A stretch of DNA of 64,000 bases from Klebsormidium nitens (lineage: Eukaryota > Plantae > Klebsormidiophyceae), in assembly GCA_000708835.1 (NCBI GenBank), contig DF237383.1:14290-78289 (forward strand). Direction: 5' to 3'. A program made the position numbers and the translations under genes. Positions 22,603-35,039 of the stretch are shown one piece after another (position 1 is the stretch's first letter; each line of letters starts with the position of its first letter). The notes beneath the pieces were generated by a model. It worked only from the letters and a program-made list of their open reading frames with translations. It did no database searches and was not told the origin of the DNA.

Positions 22603-25600
22603 CTATTCCGCCATGTCCTCAGCCTGCTGTTGATGGTACTTGTCTAGCTCTGCGTCAAGTTCTGCGGAGAAAAAGACCAGTCAGGGGCTGAAGTAGACTA
22701 GGCGGAAAAAGAGGGTAGTCAGAGGGTTGGTATAAACAAGGCCACTCTGCCCAGACTGGATTTGCGAACAGCAGGGGCCCCAAATGATTTGGGAGCATAA
22801 TCTGTCAATCACAAAAAGGCAGCAGCAAGAAGGTCGCTTTATATCGCTGACCCTAAAGGGACAGTGTAAGCAGTTCGAGTAGATATGATCCAGGTGACAA
22901 AGCTCTGAATCCTCATTTTGAGAAACCACAGTAGGGAAGCTCTCGATTGACACTCCACCAGCTTTGACGAGGTTAAGCAACAGCGAAACTTCCACGTTAA
23001 GGGACAAACATCCCGCCAAACCCAGCTTGTAATGGAACCAATAACCACTTCTCTCATGCAAGTTTCAGATCTGTTTCTCGGTAGTGGCACATAGAGTAGA
23101 CAAGTGATTTGTACCCGAACTCACCCTTTTGGATCTCCGCGGGGTCCCGAGTATCCTGGGGCTTGGCTCCCCGCCCCCCTCGGCCGCCCCGCGCCGCGCC
23201 TCCCCGGCCCCTAGGATTCCTGCCACCTCGTGCAACATACGTGCCCCGACCTCGCATAGGGAAGCTGCAAAGATGCGGCAGGCAGCATGGTCAAACGGAA
23301 GAATCCATCCAATGATGCATCGCGCAAAGAAAGGAATAGTTCGGAAACGTAGGCCCTGCCTAGATAGGCAGGCAGTTGACAGAGTTGTTCCGGTATTCTG
23401 TCGTGATTTGCTCTGGGTAAGGATGAGGCCCACTAACAACCCTGGCTGTGAAATGGTGCGGAGATGCATCGAAGGTGCTGATTGCAAGAGAAACGCAAGG
23501 AAAGTTGCTCACCCTCTGCCAGCGAATCCGCCACCCCGCCCAAACTCCTGCCCCGGGCTGCAAGCAGATATAAGACATGAGCACCTTCAGAAACAAACTT
23601 TGTCAAGCAGAACTTTTTAACCATATCTAAAATATGCTCATCATTGGCCAGCACAGACAAGGGGCGTGAGGTTGCAAGTAGTGCGGCTTTTGCAAGTCAC
23701 AGCAGAGATGGGGCATACTGGCACTACTGCAAACATCTCTTCAGTTGACAAAAGCGTGCAGGCAGGCCTACGACATATGCTGATGATATAATGCAAACAA
23801 AACGTCAATACACAAGTGGCTGCAATTTGCCTGACAGCTCTGGGATATGCAAAGCTACCGTGCAGCATAAAAGAAGAACCACTGTCATAAGCAAACCGGG
23901 AACTGCAAACTTGGTGGATGGAAACAGCACTTTACCGCCGCGAGCAAGCTCCAATTGCGAGCCACTCGTTTCAGGCAATCTTAACTTGTCATGTTTAGAT
24001 GACATTTGATGACAAGGAAGAAGAATAACAGTAAGTCTCTCAAAATCCCATTAGCGAAAACATGACCAGGATGAGGAGAGAAACGTACGCCACAGTGCGC
24101 GCCGCAACCGCAATCCGGGGGAGGTTGGTCCCAACAATTTCAATCTTCATCGGTTTCCCGTCGAGTGCGACTCCGTCATACCGCGTGACGGCCTTCATTG
24201 CATCCTGCTTCCTGGCAAAGACCACCTCCGCAGTGCCCTGTATGAGGCAACGTGGAGATTAAGATCAGCGCAAGGAGTAAGCATTTGTAAGCAAATATAC
24301 CTGTCCTGCTCTCTATACCTGTTCTGTTCTTGCCGGACTTTAGGGTTCCTCTCAAAACAGAGAAGGCAAAGGGTTCGGTGACTTTTCTCGAGACATCAGT
24401 TAGAATGGCTCAAAGAAGCCGAACCACGATACGACTGGTAAACAAGCACATCCAGATGCCAATCCAGAATTGGGACTCCTGTTCTTCGCCTGCCGGCTTT
24501 TCGAACGACCAGGAGGCAAGTTGAGTGCCACAAACAATACCACTCCTGATGATCCACTTGAAAGCTGCTAACGTTGAATGTCTGGCGAACATACTTTGAA
24601 ATACAATCCAATGACTTCAAAATCTGCAGACAGGCATTCCCAGATCCCATCCCAATGAGTACAGAACCCTAATTCGCTCCTCGTGTGTCACCATCCAAGA
24701 AAGACGCGATTTGCACTCTGGCTAAGGTGCTAAACACACCTTTGAGCGTCCGCTCTTGTCGAAGTTGATCTCACTCCGCTTCAGGTCGCCGAGCTCGCCG
24801 AAGAGCTCCTGCACCAAAAACCAAAAGTCGTCACCATCGCTGCCAAAGCAATCAGCTTGATAGTAAAGATGAGCATTCCTCTCGCGGCTGCTGGAGCGCA
24901 TTTGCTAATTACTTTACCAACAATTGCGAGAAACAAGAAGGTCGTTGATGTGACGGAGCAACAAACTATCTCGAAACCACGGCAGGTTCAATTACCGCCG
25001 ACTCTTTGCTTGCTCGAAGAGAAAACCAGTGTTCAATTCAGAACCCATCATTGTGGCAAGGATGGAAATCTTCCAAGATACAGCAGATACCACGTCGTAA
25101 GTGCGCGCAGATTGGAAAAGATACCATGATTGAGGGAGTGCTCAGTACCTTGACATCATCGTTAGAAACATTGTAGTCGAGGTTGGAAATAAAAAGCTTG
25201 GTCCCTGTCTGGATCTCCATTGGCCTCGCTCCCGGAGCATATGCTGGTCCCTCCTGGTATAGGTCATGAGCCCACACGTCTCCGGCAGGTGCAGCAGGCT
25301 GGTTGAACAAAACAGAGCAGCACTCGTTTCAGAAGGACAGATCTGGTTAGTCTGAGCACCGACACCGCAAACGCCTCCTGCAGGAACATTTTGGGTGGAC
25401 TCCCCAGCAGGCTCGCTCTTCCACAGCCCCCTCTTCTCCAGGTCCAAAGGGTCCAGGTAATTGCTGGGAAGAGTGTCCTCTGGTCACCATGAACCCCGTC
25501 TCTCAAATCCAAAGAGCCAAGTCCGGCACAGGCCTACAGGCTAAGCAGAGGTGCTGACAAGAACACCACGTGCTTTTGTCCGTGCCGTGCACCGTGCTGT

Positions 25601-26180
25601 CCCTTTGGTGCTTGTTGCATCCACCCCTTGATCTGTTGGGAGCTCCAAATGTCTCTGATCAAAAGCAGGCTAATCGCTCAGTCTGCCTAAGCCCTTGGCG
25701 CAGGAACGATGCAAACTCATGTGACGACCACTACCAACTAGTGTTACGATTTAGACGAATCAGTGCCCTCGCAGAGTCTTGTCAACTACCTACTCTGTAC
25801 TAATCTGTAGCTTGCCGGGGAACAGAGTCAATGAAGGTGCAAAAAGGGATGGTTCCAATCTGAAGCAGACCCGAAGAAGCTGAATGAATACTGGAGGTCC
25901 TCGGAGCCGGGCTTTGCAGGGCACCGTTCCCCAAACGCCGACAATATGTTGCTCGAGTCCGCTGGCTTCTGCTGACCTGTCTAGCATAAGGGGCCGCCCG
26001 AAAAGCTGCGCGAGTGTTTGCCCTCCTGACAGGGCCCGACCGTCCCCCACCATAAGGATTGTCTGTTCCTGTCCTGCCCGCCCCCCCTCTTCCTCCACCC
26101 CTGCCGCCCCGTGCGCCGCCCCGCGCTCCAGTCTTGTTCTTCTTGATCAGGTCATCCAGAGACACGTCCAGGTTCGACAT
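22603..26180 (-). CDS. ALYREF: ALY/REF (THO complex subunit 4) mRNA export adaptor; about 7 exons
   Basis: N-terminal UAP56-binding motif LDVSLDDLI, RGG regions, WAHD, RRM (TKLFISNLDYNVSNDDVK|ELF..LGDLKR...DKSGRSKG..EVVF...DAMKAVTRYDGVALDGKPM) and C-terminal motif LDAELDKY. Confidence 0.92.
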
Positions 26181-26365
26181 CGTTCTTGGACTGCAGCTCG
26201 CTAGGACGAGTGACCCCTGTTGACTAGGGAGAAGCTTTCGACAGCCCAAGAAACAGCGCTCTGATCGCTCTACTTCGATTTCTTGCTGCTTCAAACTTGT
26301 GATCAGAATCGAAGTGCTCGAGCTCGACTTCAAGTTCAAGTTCTTCCTGGCTAAATTGAGCCGCG

Positions 26366-26651
26366 GTACGCACCATACACTAGCAATACGTACCTTCCTT
26401 TCCGAATGCTGGCTCCAGGAACCAGAGTCAGCAGGTTTGAACCGTAGACGGTGGTAAGTACCGTATGCTGGGTAACGTCGGTACCTAGTTAGTGAGTCAG
26501 TAGCCAGTACTACCGGTACGCCGGTACCCTCAGGATCAGCTCCTGTCAGTGTCTCGAGATTCAGGTACCGTATCACCAGTCCGGTCCTGGTACATACCGG
26601 TTGTACTAACCCGGACTACCTAAGTACCTACCTAGGTACATGTGTCAGTAC
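26366..26651. promoter_or_regulatory. GTAC-dense block upstream of ALY
   Basis: 13 GTAC tetramers counted in 286 bp, against about 1 expected by chance. Regulatory function is inferred from position only. Confidence 0.4.
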
Positions 26652-26686
26652 CAACCGTGCTTCCATTGTGAAGCTGAATAAAACGG

Positions 26687-26885
26687 ATACCGGTAACTCT
26701 CGCGTGACCTAACGGGCGTGTGACTTAAGATACGAGCTACCCGGGCACTTCAAACTAAAAACCTAACCCGAGTAATCACCTGCTCCGCACCCCAACCCAC
26801 CCTAACCACCATACCAACCCCACCCGTCCCCCGGGTACTTATCTTAGGTCACACGGCTCTTAGGTCACACGAGAGTTATCGGAGT
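26687..26885. mobile_element. Mutator-like MITE with long TIRs and 9-bp TSD
   Basis: Inverted arms 26690-26732 versus 26840-26882 match at 37/43, with further TACCCGGG pairing inward. Direct repeat ATAAAACGG at 26678-26686 and 26886-26894. C-rich telomere-like core. Confidence 0.65.
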
Positions 26886-27743
26886 ATAAAACGGTCGGCG
26901 GTGCCAATGCGGAGTTGCTGGTACGCACCTGCTATCGTATGCTGCGGCGTATGACCGGCCAAGGCTGCACCGGTCTTGCAAAGCAGAAGATGGAGCTCGG
27001 GGAACGTCACTGCCACTTCGGTCTCTTTGCGACACAAGCGCAAAGGGGCACGGTTTACAGTCCCCATGTGACGCCAGTAGGACCGGTCCTGCAAGTTGCG
27101 ACTTCAGGACTGGAACGGTACTAGGTAGTAGGTAGGTACCGTACTTAGACTTGCACGGCCCAGGGGGCACCAATTTGGCAGGTAACATGCAGTTCGCTCC
27201 GCCAACTTTGCAGTGTGCGGCAAACGGACTCCCTGGGCGGCGCCGGAGCCAACTCTGCTAGGTACATGCTACACATGGGCGTCGAACTTCGCCATACCGG
27301 TACCTCTGTGGCGTTGCCCAGCGCTGCCCATTTGTCAAGAACCTCTGGAGCGAAGTTCTGGCGAGTCAGAAATTGGGAGTCGGGACTGCGTCGTGCGATT
27401 CAAACGATATCGGACGGATCTGAATGTCCCAAATCTTTCTCATTCGAGATCTGTACGGATATCCGGGTGACGTTTGATATCAGGTAGCTTGGATGTCGCC
27501 CGGATATTTTGTAATCACCGGGCACCAAATGTTCAGCCGGTCTGTAAAACCGGCTCTATGACACGGGCATTGGTTTCTCTTCGGCCCCTCGAAACTTGCC
27601 GCCCGGTGAGCCGTAGTTGTGCATCCGGTGGCTCCCTTCCAACATCCAGATTCCACGGTGGCAAAAAGCACAAACTGAGCATCACAAAAGCGCAGCTCAC
27701 GAATCACGATCTTATTTTCAGTGGTGCAGGTGACACCCGCGCC

Positions 27744-27828
27744 GTACGCTGTACCGTACGGTTCAAAGGTACCCCTCCGAGGCCCGGTAACCACCGGTAG
27801 GTACCTGTCAAGTCATGATGATTGGTAC
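27744..27828. promoter_or_regulatory. GTAC-dense block upstream of CRY
   Basis: 6 GTAC in 85 bp, about 380 bp upstream of the CRY ATG. Confidence 0.35.
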
Positions 27829-28207
27829 CAGAATGCCACGCGCAACTTGACATGACACCCACCACAGTCAGAGAATTGGCACACAGGCGAAGAGGGAGGA
27901 GAAAGGCGCACTTTTCTACCCTGCGCTCGGGCGTCCACTTGTCTTCTGCTTGGTCCTTGTCAGGTAGTTGTACATAGCAGTGGCGCTGTCAGACGGTGGC
28001 GGTGCTTTAAGGTAGTCACGGCGGCCCACATCCATCATGTGATTGCGTTGTCTTGACCCTTATGTTGGGTGGTTTGAGGAGTGAATGGGTTTAGCCCGGT
28101 ACGCGGGGCAGCGAGCATGGGAAAGTGACCAGGTTTTGTAGAAATGCTTGAGCAGTTTTAGCCAACGCACGGGAGTTGTCAATTGTCATCACCTTGTGGT
28201 TAGTAAA

Positions 28208-31200
28208 ATGGAACCTGTTACAGTTGTGTGGTTTAGGAGAGATTTGCGGTTGGAGGACAACCCAGCCCTGATATCAGCGGCACGGATGGGTACAGTGGTT
28301 CCTGTGTTCATCTGGGCACCTGAGGAAGAGGGGCAGTTTCAACCAGGCAGGTGCTCGCGTTGGTGGTTAAAGCAGAGTTTGTTGCACCTGGATGTGACTC
28401 TGCAGAAAATGGGGGCGCCGCTCATACTCAGGAGGTGTGCAGACAGCGCTACAATGCTGCTGGATATTGTGAAAGAGACAGGAGCAACGCAGGTCTTCTA
28501 CAACCATCTGTATGGTAAGTCCACCAGAGGGATAATCATGCAAGCATTACCAACATAGACGTGCTTGCTATTTGACCGAGCTGATAAGGTTCAGGATTAC
28601 GACTTTTATCTTTCCTTGCTGCTGATGTGGACCACATTATCTGGGGACAGGTGCCACTGGCATGCCTTAGATACTGTTTTCTGCAGTGCGGTTGTGCATG
28701 TTTCTTATGCACCCACCATTTCAGCAGCATCAGCACCTGACGATCAACAAAAGCAAGTAGGGACACAGGCAAAGCCGAGGTACAACGAGCAGTATGTTGG
28801 CAGACTAGGCATAGGCATAGAACCTGAGCTACAGCAGCAACTGGTGAAATTTCAAGCACATCAACAGCATGGCCAAAAGCGGAAAAGAGACGAAATCAGT
28901 CATAATGTGTGCATATGGAAAAAACGTTACAAGCCAGTCTTGCCCGACCAGCGTACGGGAAGGGCTTGGGAAGCTTGGTTCGCTATCTGAAGATGTTGGA
29001 TGGCCCTTTCACCTGGCCAGCGCTTTTTGAATTTTCGGGCCTCGTCTTTCTTGTTGGAGAAAATCAATAGTCCCATTGTCTGATGGCTCATAGCAACTGT
29101 GCTCTTTTCCAGCCTGGGGTTTGCACAGAAGAACGTAGTGAACTCTGTTGCTTATGCGTGAGGTCCATGAAATCTTCTTAGTTGTTTTGTGCTCTTCTAT
29201 GGTTGATGAGCTTGTATATCTGCAATGATCAGCCTGTGACCTCTCTGTGCCGGACGGTGCCAACACAATTTCCAGATTGTTACGGATTTCTTGGTTTCTC
29301 TGATAATGTTGATACTCATGTGCAGCTTCTGCTGCGACATCTTTATTGATACTCTTGTGCAGCTTCTGCTATCACATCTTTACTTTGCAAGGCTTAGGGC
29401 TCTTGACGCAGTGCTTTGGCAGGCGGCATGCTCTCGTTGCACTCTTTCACTTATGCTTGTCGACTGCAGAATAGCGACACTCTTGGTCCTAGTCGTATTC
29501 TGAGAATGCTACTTCTGCTCCTCCTTTGCCTGGTATGCACATCAATCTGCACTTGCTGCTTATCTTCATTTCTGGTTGGTACAAGGTGGCCCTTATGCCA
29601 TAGTTTGCACTATCCTTTGAAACAAAGGTACAGGTTGATGCAAAAGGGTGCAGCCGGAAGCCTTTCCTAACGTTTGCCACCTTTGACAAAGTTGTGGCTC
29701 TGGGTGCAAGCTTTGCTCTTCACTGCCTTACTAAGCGTGTTGCAACGCCATAGATTTTGGTTTTTGCTGGGGTTCTCAATGTCTGTTCCATAGTCTTGAC
29801 ATGGTTCCTTCTGGCTCTCTTCTGGTCCCCCTTTCGCCTTCAGCAACCCACTGCTTTCTGCAAAACACTTTGAGGGCGGTTGGCTCGAAAGGTTTTTGAG
29901 ACTTCTCTGAGTGTTGTTGTATCACGTGGACCGCCTCTCTTGGGGCAACTTGGCTCAATCCAGTCATTTTGCTGGTTGCTTGCATGATCATGTTGTGGCG
30001 CTCACCATGTCCGACGTTCTGCCAGCAAGTTTGCAAGTGTTTGGGCCAGTTCCAGCATCATCTCTCTTGAAGCACTGCTTTTCTCGACAATTTTACTCTC
30101 AGCAAACATGTCACAAGCTCACTTTACAGGGCCTCTTGGTTCATTGACGCGCATTGCTGACATGGACTTCTGTTTGTCTTCTTCAGACCCGGTCTCCCTA
30201 GTCCGCGACCACAGAGTGAAGCAGAGCCTTGTACAACACGGTGTCGTTGTCCACACATTCAACGCAGACCTTCTGTACGAGCCCTGGGAAGTGTACGATG
30301 AGCAGGGGCATCCGTTCACGGTGTTTGAGAACTACTGGAATAAGTGCTTGAACATGCCGTTCGAGCCAGACGCGCCGCTGCTGGCGCCAAAGAAGCTGAG
30401 CGGGATTGAGAGTGAGTGCATCCGCGCTGCTTCCTTCTCCTTGTTGCTTCGTGCGTTGTTTGAAGCACAAAATGTCGGTACTGCTACAATTGCTCTCTTC
30501 GCATGAGTATTTTGACTGTGAAGTACCACCCAAGAAGAAGACCGAAGCAAGAGCATTCTTGCTTGTTGATAAAGTGCCCCTTCTGAGCTGCATTCATGTG
30601 CCCATGTCCTCTAGCTTCTCCCCATAGGCTAGGAGGGTGCGCTCCAGTATCGGGTGTAGGATGCCCTGTGCAGTGACCAAAGGGTGGTTTGCATTCAATG
30701 AAAAGAGAGGGCACATATGAAACAAGGGCTCTTAGAAACATCCATCACTCCATACATCGGTCACTGCAATTCCAACTGGCTCAAAGCTGCCCGCTGTCTG
30801 CAGTTGAAGTCCCCAGCTTGTCCCTGGATGGCATTGGCCTGGAGGACCCTCTCGAGGCGAGCAGCAACTCTCTGCTGGCACGGGCATGGGCCCCTGGCTG
30901 GAGCAACGCAGACCGTGCGCTGGAGTCGTTCCTCAGGGGGGCGCTCGCTTCGTATGCAACTGCCAGGACCAAGACTGACACTACCACAACCAGCCTGCTT
31001 TCGCCTCACTTACACTTTGGGGAGGTGAGATTGACCACCTTCCGGTCAGACCCTCTCATCTCCGGTCCGGTGGCGTTATGTGCGGGCGCACAGCTTGCCC
31101 TCAGTCCAGTGTCAACTTGTCGTCCATGGTTCGTTTGGGCTGTCTGGTTACACTCTGCTGCCGTCCTCCTACCTTGCTGCATAAAGGTTGCAGCAATGCT

Positions 31201-34200
31201 TGTCTATGAAGGCCAGTCAAACTTGGTTTTGGAGACACCCCAACATAGATTCTCATATGGATTTGCAATGCGGGTAACTTTCGGGCTTCTGTCCTGTAGT
31301 ATCCTGAGCCGTGCACTTGGGCCATAACCCACAGTCGTTTTTGTCCCTGCGTGATTGAATCAAGGACCTAAGGCCCTGCTTCTGCATTTGATCCAACTCG
31401 TCTTACCATATGCTCTCCCCTCATCACCATATGCTCTCCCCCCTGCAGCTGAGCGTGCGCAAGATCTTCCACGAGAGCCGCAAGCTGCAGCTGCTCTGGA
31501 GCCGCGATGGTGCCAGCGTCGCGGTGACTAGCGTGGACCTTTTTCTGCGCTCCATCGGGCTGCGCGAGTACTCGCGCTACCTCAGCTTCAACTTCCCCTT
31601 CACGCACGAGCGGTCTCTGCTGGCCAATCTCAAGTCGTTCCCCTGGGCCATCGACGAGAAGGCGTTCAAGGCCTGGCGCCAGGGGCGCACCGGGTAAGCC
31701 CGCTGACGTCATCTGGTGTTGGCCTGAATTCCAGAATGTAGTAAAGAATCTACCTGCTGCATTGTGGCCTTCCGTTGCCTGATGGCACTGTCAAAGTTTT
31801 GGAGTTTACAACTGCTGGAACGTAAGCTGTTGATCACTTTGTTCTTGAATATGTGTGAAGCTTCTAAGCTCCAAAGTTTGAGTATGTTCTGGATCGTCAC
31901 CATGTAGTCCTTGTTATTTGCAGCAAGGGACGGGTCATTCTCTGCTCTAGGGTCATTGCCAACTCGCTTTTGGTTTGGTAACTGTATTATTGCTCGGTGT
32001 CTCTCTCAAATATCATTGCTTCTTGCCGTTTTGCTCTTGTTTCTGCACGAGTCTGCATCAAGAAGCACGAACAACCTCCCTGATTGGTGCCTCTCCTCGC
32101 TCAGGTACCCCTTGGTCGATGCCGGCATGCGGGAGCTTTGGGCGACCGGCTGGCTGCACAACAAGATACGGGTGGTCGCCTCCAGCTTCTGCGTCAAGTT
32201 CCTGCAGCTCCCGTGGCGGTGGGGCATGAAGTATTTCTGGGACACGTTACTGGACGCGGATCTTGAGAGTGACGTCCTTGGCTGGCAGTACATCTCTGGC
32301 AGCCTGCCGGACGGCCACGAGCTTGATCGGATGGAGAACCCGCATGTGAGTACATACGCTGCACTCACAGGACTTGGTAGAGCAAAAGAGATTATTTGTA
32401 ATTCCCGGCCTTGGGCACAGGGTTTTAAACATCCAAGCTCAATCTGAATAGGTTCTGGCATCGCTCTCACAATCCTTCGTTTTCGAGGACGTTTGCTTCT
32501 TCCTCTCTTTAAGCTTTGACTGGGCATGAAACCTTTTTGCCAGCCTAGTGGAGCATCAGCAGGTCCAACCGAGCATACTCAAGACAAACGATCGACATCT
32601 TGCTTTCGAAAGACAGAAACCCCCTTGCATCATTCCGACCCCTAGCCTGTCTGTATATGGACCACTGGCTTCTAAATATCATTCACATGCTTCGCAGGGT
32701 GCCTTTAGAGAATGTAAACCGAAGCCCATGCTGAGCGAAAGTTGAGAGTGTTCTTCGCTTTTTCCCTCCCGGTTGAAGGCTACCGGTACGACCCTGAGGG
32801 CAAGTACGTCCGCTGGTGGCGCAAGTTCGTTCTGAGCATCCAGATCGAAGTCCCCGCTGAATACTAGACCGAAAGTGCTGCTTCCTTCCAGGTTGAGGGC
32901 TACAAGTACGACCCCGAGGGCGAGTACGTCCGCCGGTGGCTCCCCGAGCTGTCCCGGCTGCCCACCGAGTGGGTGCACCACCCCTGGGATGCGCCCAGTA
33001 ACGTCCTCCGGGCGGCCGGTGTGGAGCTCGGGTCAAACTACCCCCAGCCCATCGTCGATGTCGAGGCCGCGCGGGAACGCCTGGCCGCGTCGCTGTCGGC
33101 AATGTGGGCGAGCGAGGCGGCGCTCAAGGCGGGGGGCTTGGAGGAGGGGCTTGGGGAGACCCCGGCAGTGGCGGTCGGAGCAGGTAGGGCTTGTTCAATA
33201 GTTTCGGTTGAGTTGGTGCTTTCGTTTGTCTACTTGTCAGGAGCCTGCAAGTGGTCTTTGTGGCTCTTTTGTATCTGACTTGTTGGCGGGTGACTCATCT
33301 TCTGAAGGAGACGCATCGGTCTGGTTGAAGGATGATTTGGGCAGTTTCTGGCGTCTGTTTGTGGTGCTCGTAGTCCTTTTCGTGCTCCTCTGAACGGATT
33401 GTCTCTTCAATGCACTTCGCTTTTGTCCGATCCAAGACTAAACTGTTGTCTTGAGTGCCTTCAGTATTGTCCTGAAAGTGGAATTTTTTTCACTGTGGCC
33501 TTCTGACTACTCCATCCTTCCTGGCCTCTGTCCGGTGTTGCCTGCCAAATCCCAGACTTGTGCAGCGGCATTAATGAGCATATTTAGATGGTCACGAAAG
33601 TGAGCAGTACGCGGGATGAGTCAACTCATTATCTGTGTGCACTGCTGTTTCAAGAAGAAACTCCCTTTCCAGCCTTTGGCGTCTTGGTTCATGGCGCTGT
33701 AACATTCTGTTTTTCGTATTTGTTGCCGGTGTCAAACGTTTTTCCTCCCCCAACTCCCGCAGGCATCTCCGGCTTTGGTCGCTCCAGCGCAGCGGGCAGC
33801 TCGCGGCGCGACCAAATGGTCCCCGACATGGCGCCCGCGCCGAGTCTGGCCGCAGAAGAAGCGGCGGCGCACATCTTGGGTCACCAGGAGGCTTATCAGC
33901 ACGAGCTTTCTTCCCCCACTCCTCCAGAGAGGCTTGACGCCAGCTCGGCCGAGCGGCCAGTCGATCAAGCGCAGCCCCTGCCGGGCTTCCGAGAATTGAA
34001 TCAGGTTTGTGCAATCATGAGGGCTGGTGGGTACGAGATTGACGTTTTGTTTTTAATGAAGCACATTGCACTTCAAGGGTCGTAGCTGAAGAAAAGTGTT
34101 TGTATGTTGTGCAATGTTGAGCCCAATTGCTTGAGACCAGATCTTGTTACCATCCAGATTAGTTCGCAAACGGAGTCTCGAGAACCACAATAGAAGATCA

Positions 34201-35039
34201 GGAACCACCTGTCACGATTCAAGATTCAGTCTTCGTTTTTGGCCTCAGCCGTTTGTCTCTAGCACTTCTGTTCGCCATGTCCTTCGCTGGCGAAACCCAC
34301 GTGGTTCGCATCGTTATAGCCCGCTCTTGGCTTTATTTGGGGCGCCATGTAGTGTTGACCCGGTGTCAATCCGCTCCTTAACCCCGCAGGACGGTGCGGG
34401 CCTCATGCGGGAGCCCCAGCTGCCCCTCCGGCGAGGCTCCGAGAGCGACATTCTTTCCACCGCCGAGTCATCGTCCTACCCGCGCCCCAGCGAAGGGGGC
34501 GCGAACGCCCCCAAGGTGCCAGACCCGAAAAATAGCTGGCCGTACGCAAGTCCCGATCTGGCCTCGGGTTTACAGGCTGCCGCGGATGCAGCTAGGGCCC
34601 AAACTTACACAGGGATCCCCTTCAATAAAAAGCACCTGCTCGAACTACAGGTAAAGGGCTTGCACTTCGTGTCATTTGGCGTCAGGCTATGTTCATTTCT
34701 CGGGGCTTATGCAGTCAGTTCGAATGTTGAGACGCCCATGTGTTTACCCGCAGGTTGAGAGGGAAGCCTGCATATCAGTCCGGTTTCCACGCCCTGCATT
34801 GCCCAATGTATTTAACTGATGCAGTGACTGTAAAGTTTCTACCTGCAGTTTCATGTGCTGTTGTCGACGAAGCGTGTGAGTAGCCCGAGTATTTGTGTTT
34901 GGATCAGGTTGGGGATGCGAGGAGTGTGTGATTGACTGTTCGCTCGCATTTGCAGGATGGCACGCCGCTGGAAGATCCCTTGATGAAGCGATCCCGAATG
35001 CGACAGATGGCAAGCCCACCAATCCAAGGAGGGCGTTGA
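28208..35039 (+). CDS. CRY1: Plant-type cryptochrome blue-light photoreceptor; about 9 exons (last exon uncertain: 34956-35039 or 34754-34819)
   Basis: [104 protein letters not shown]. The C-terminal extension carries DQMVP and STAESSS. Confidence 0.95.
32761..32940 (+). repeat. 120-bp-period duplication of a CRY 3' splice site and exon start
   Basis: 32761-32820 matches 32881-32940 at 51/60 nt. The acceptor AG is CG in the upstream copy. Confidence 0.85.

Noticed and set aside
25380-25480. Possible poison exon in an ALY intron
   Set aside because: An AG and a weak GT exist, but there is no homology or other support.
27200-27230. 13-mer TGTGCGGCAAACG shared with about 7090
   Set aside because: A single short match in 64 kb is too weak to call a motif.
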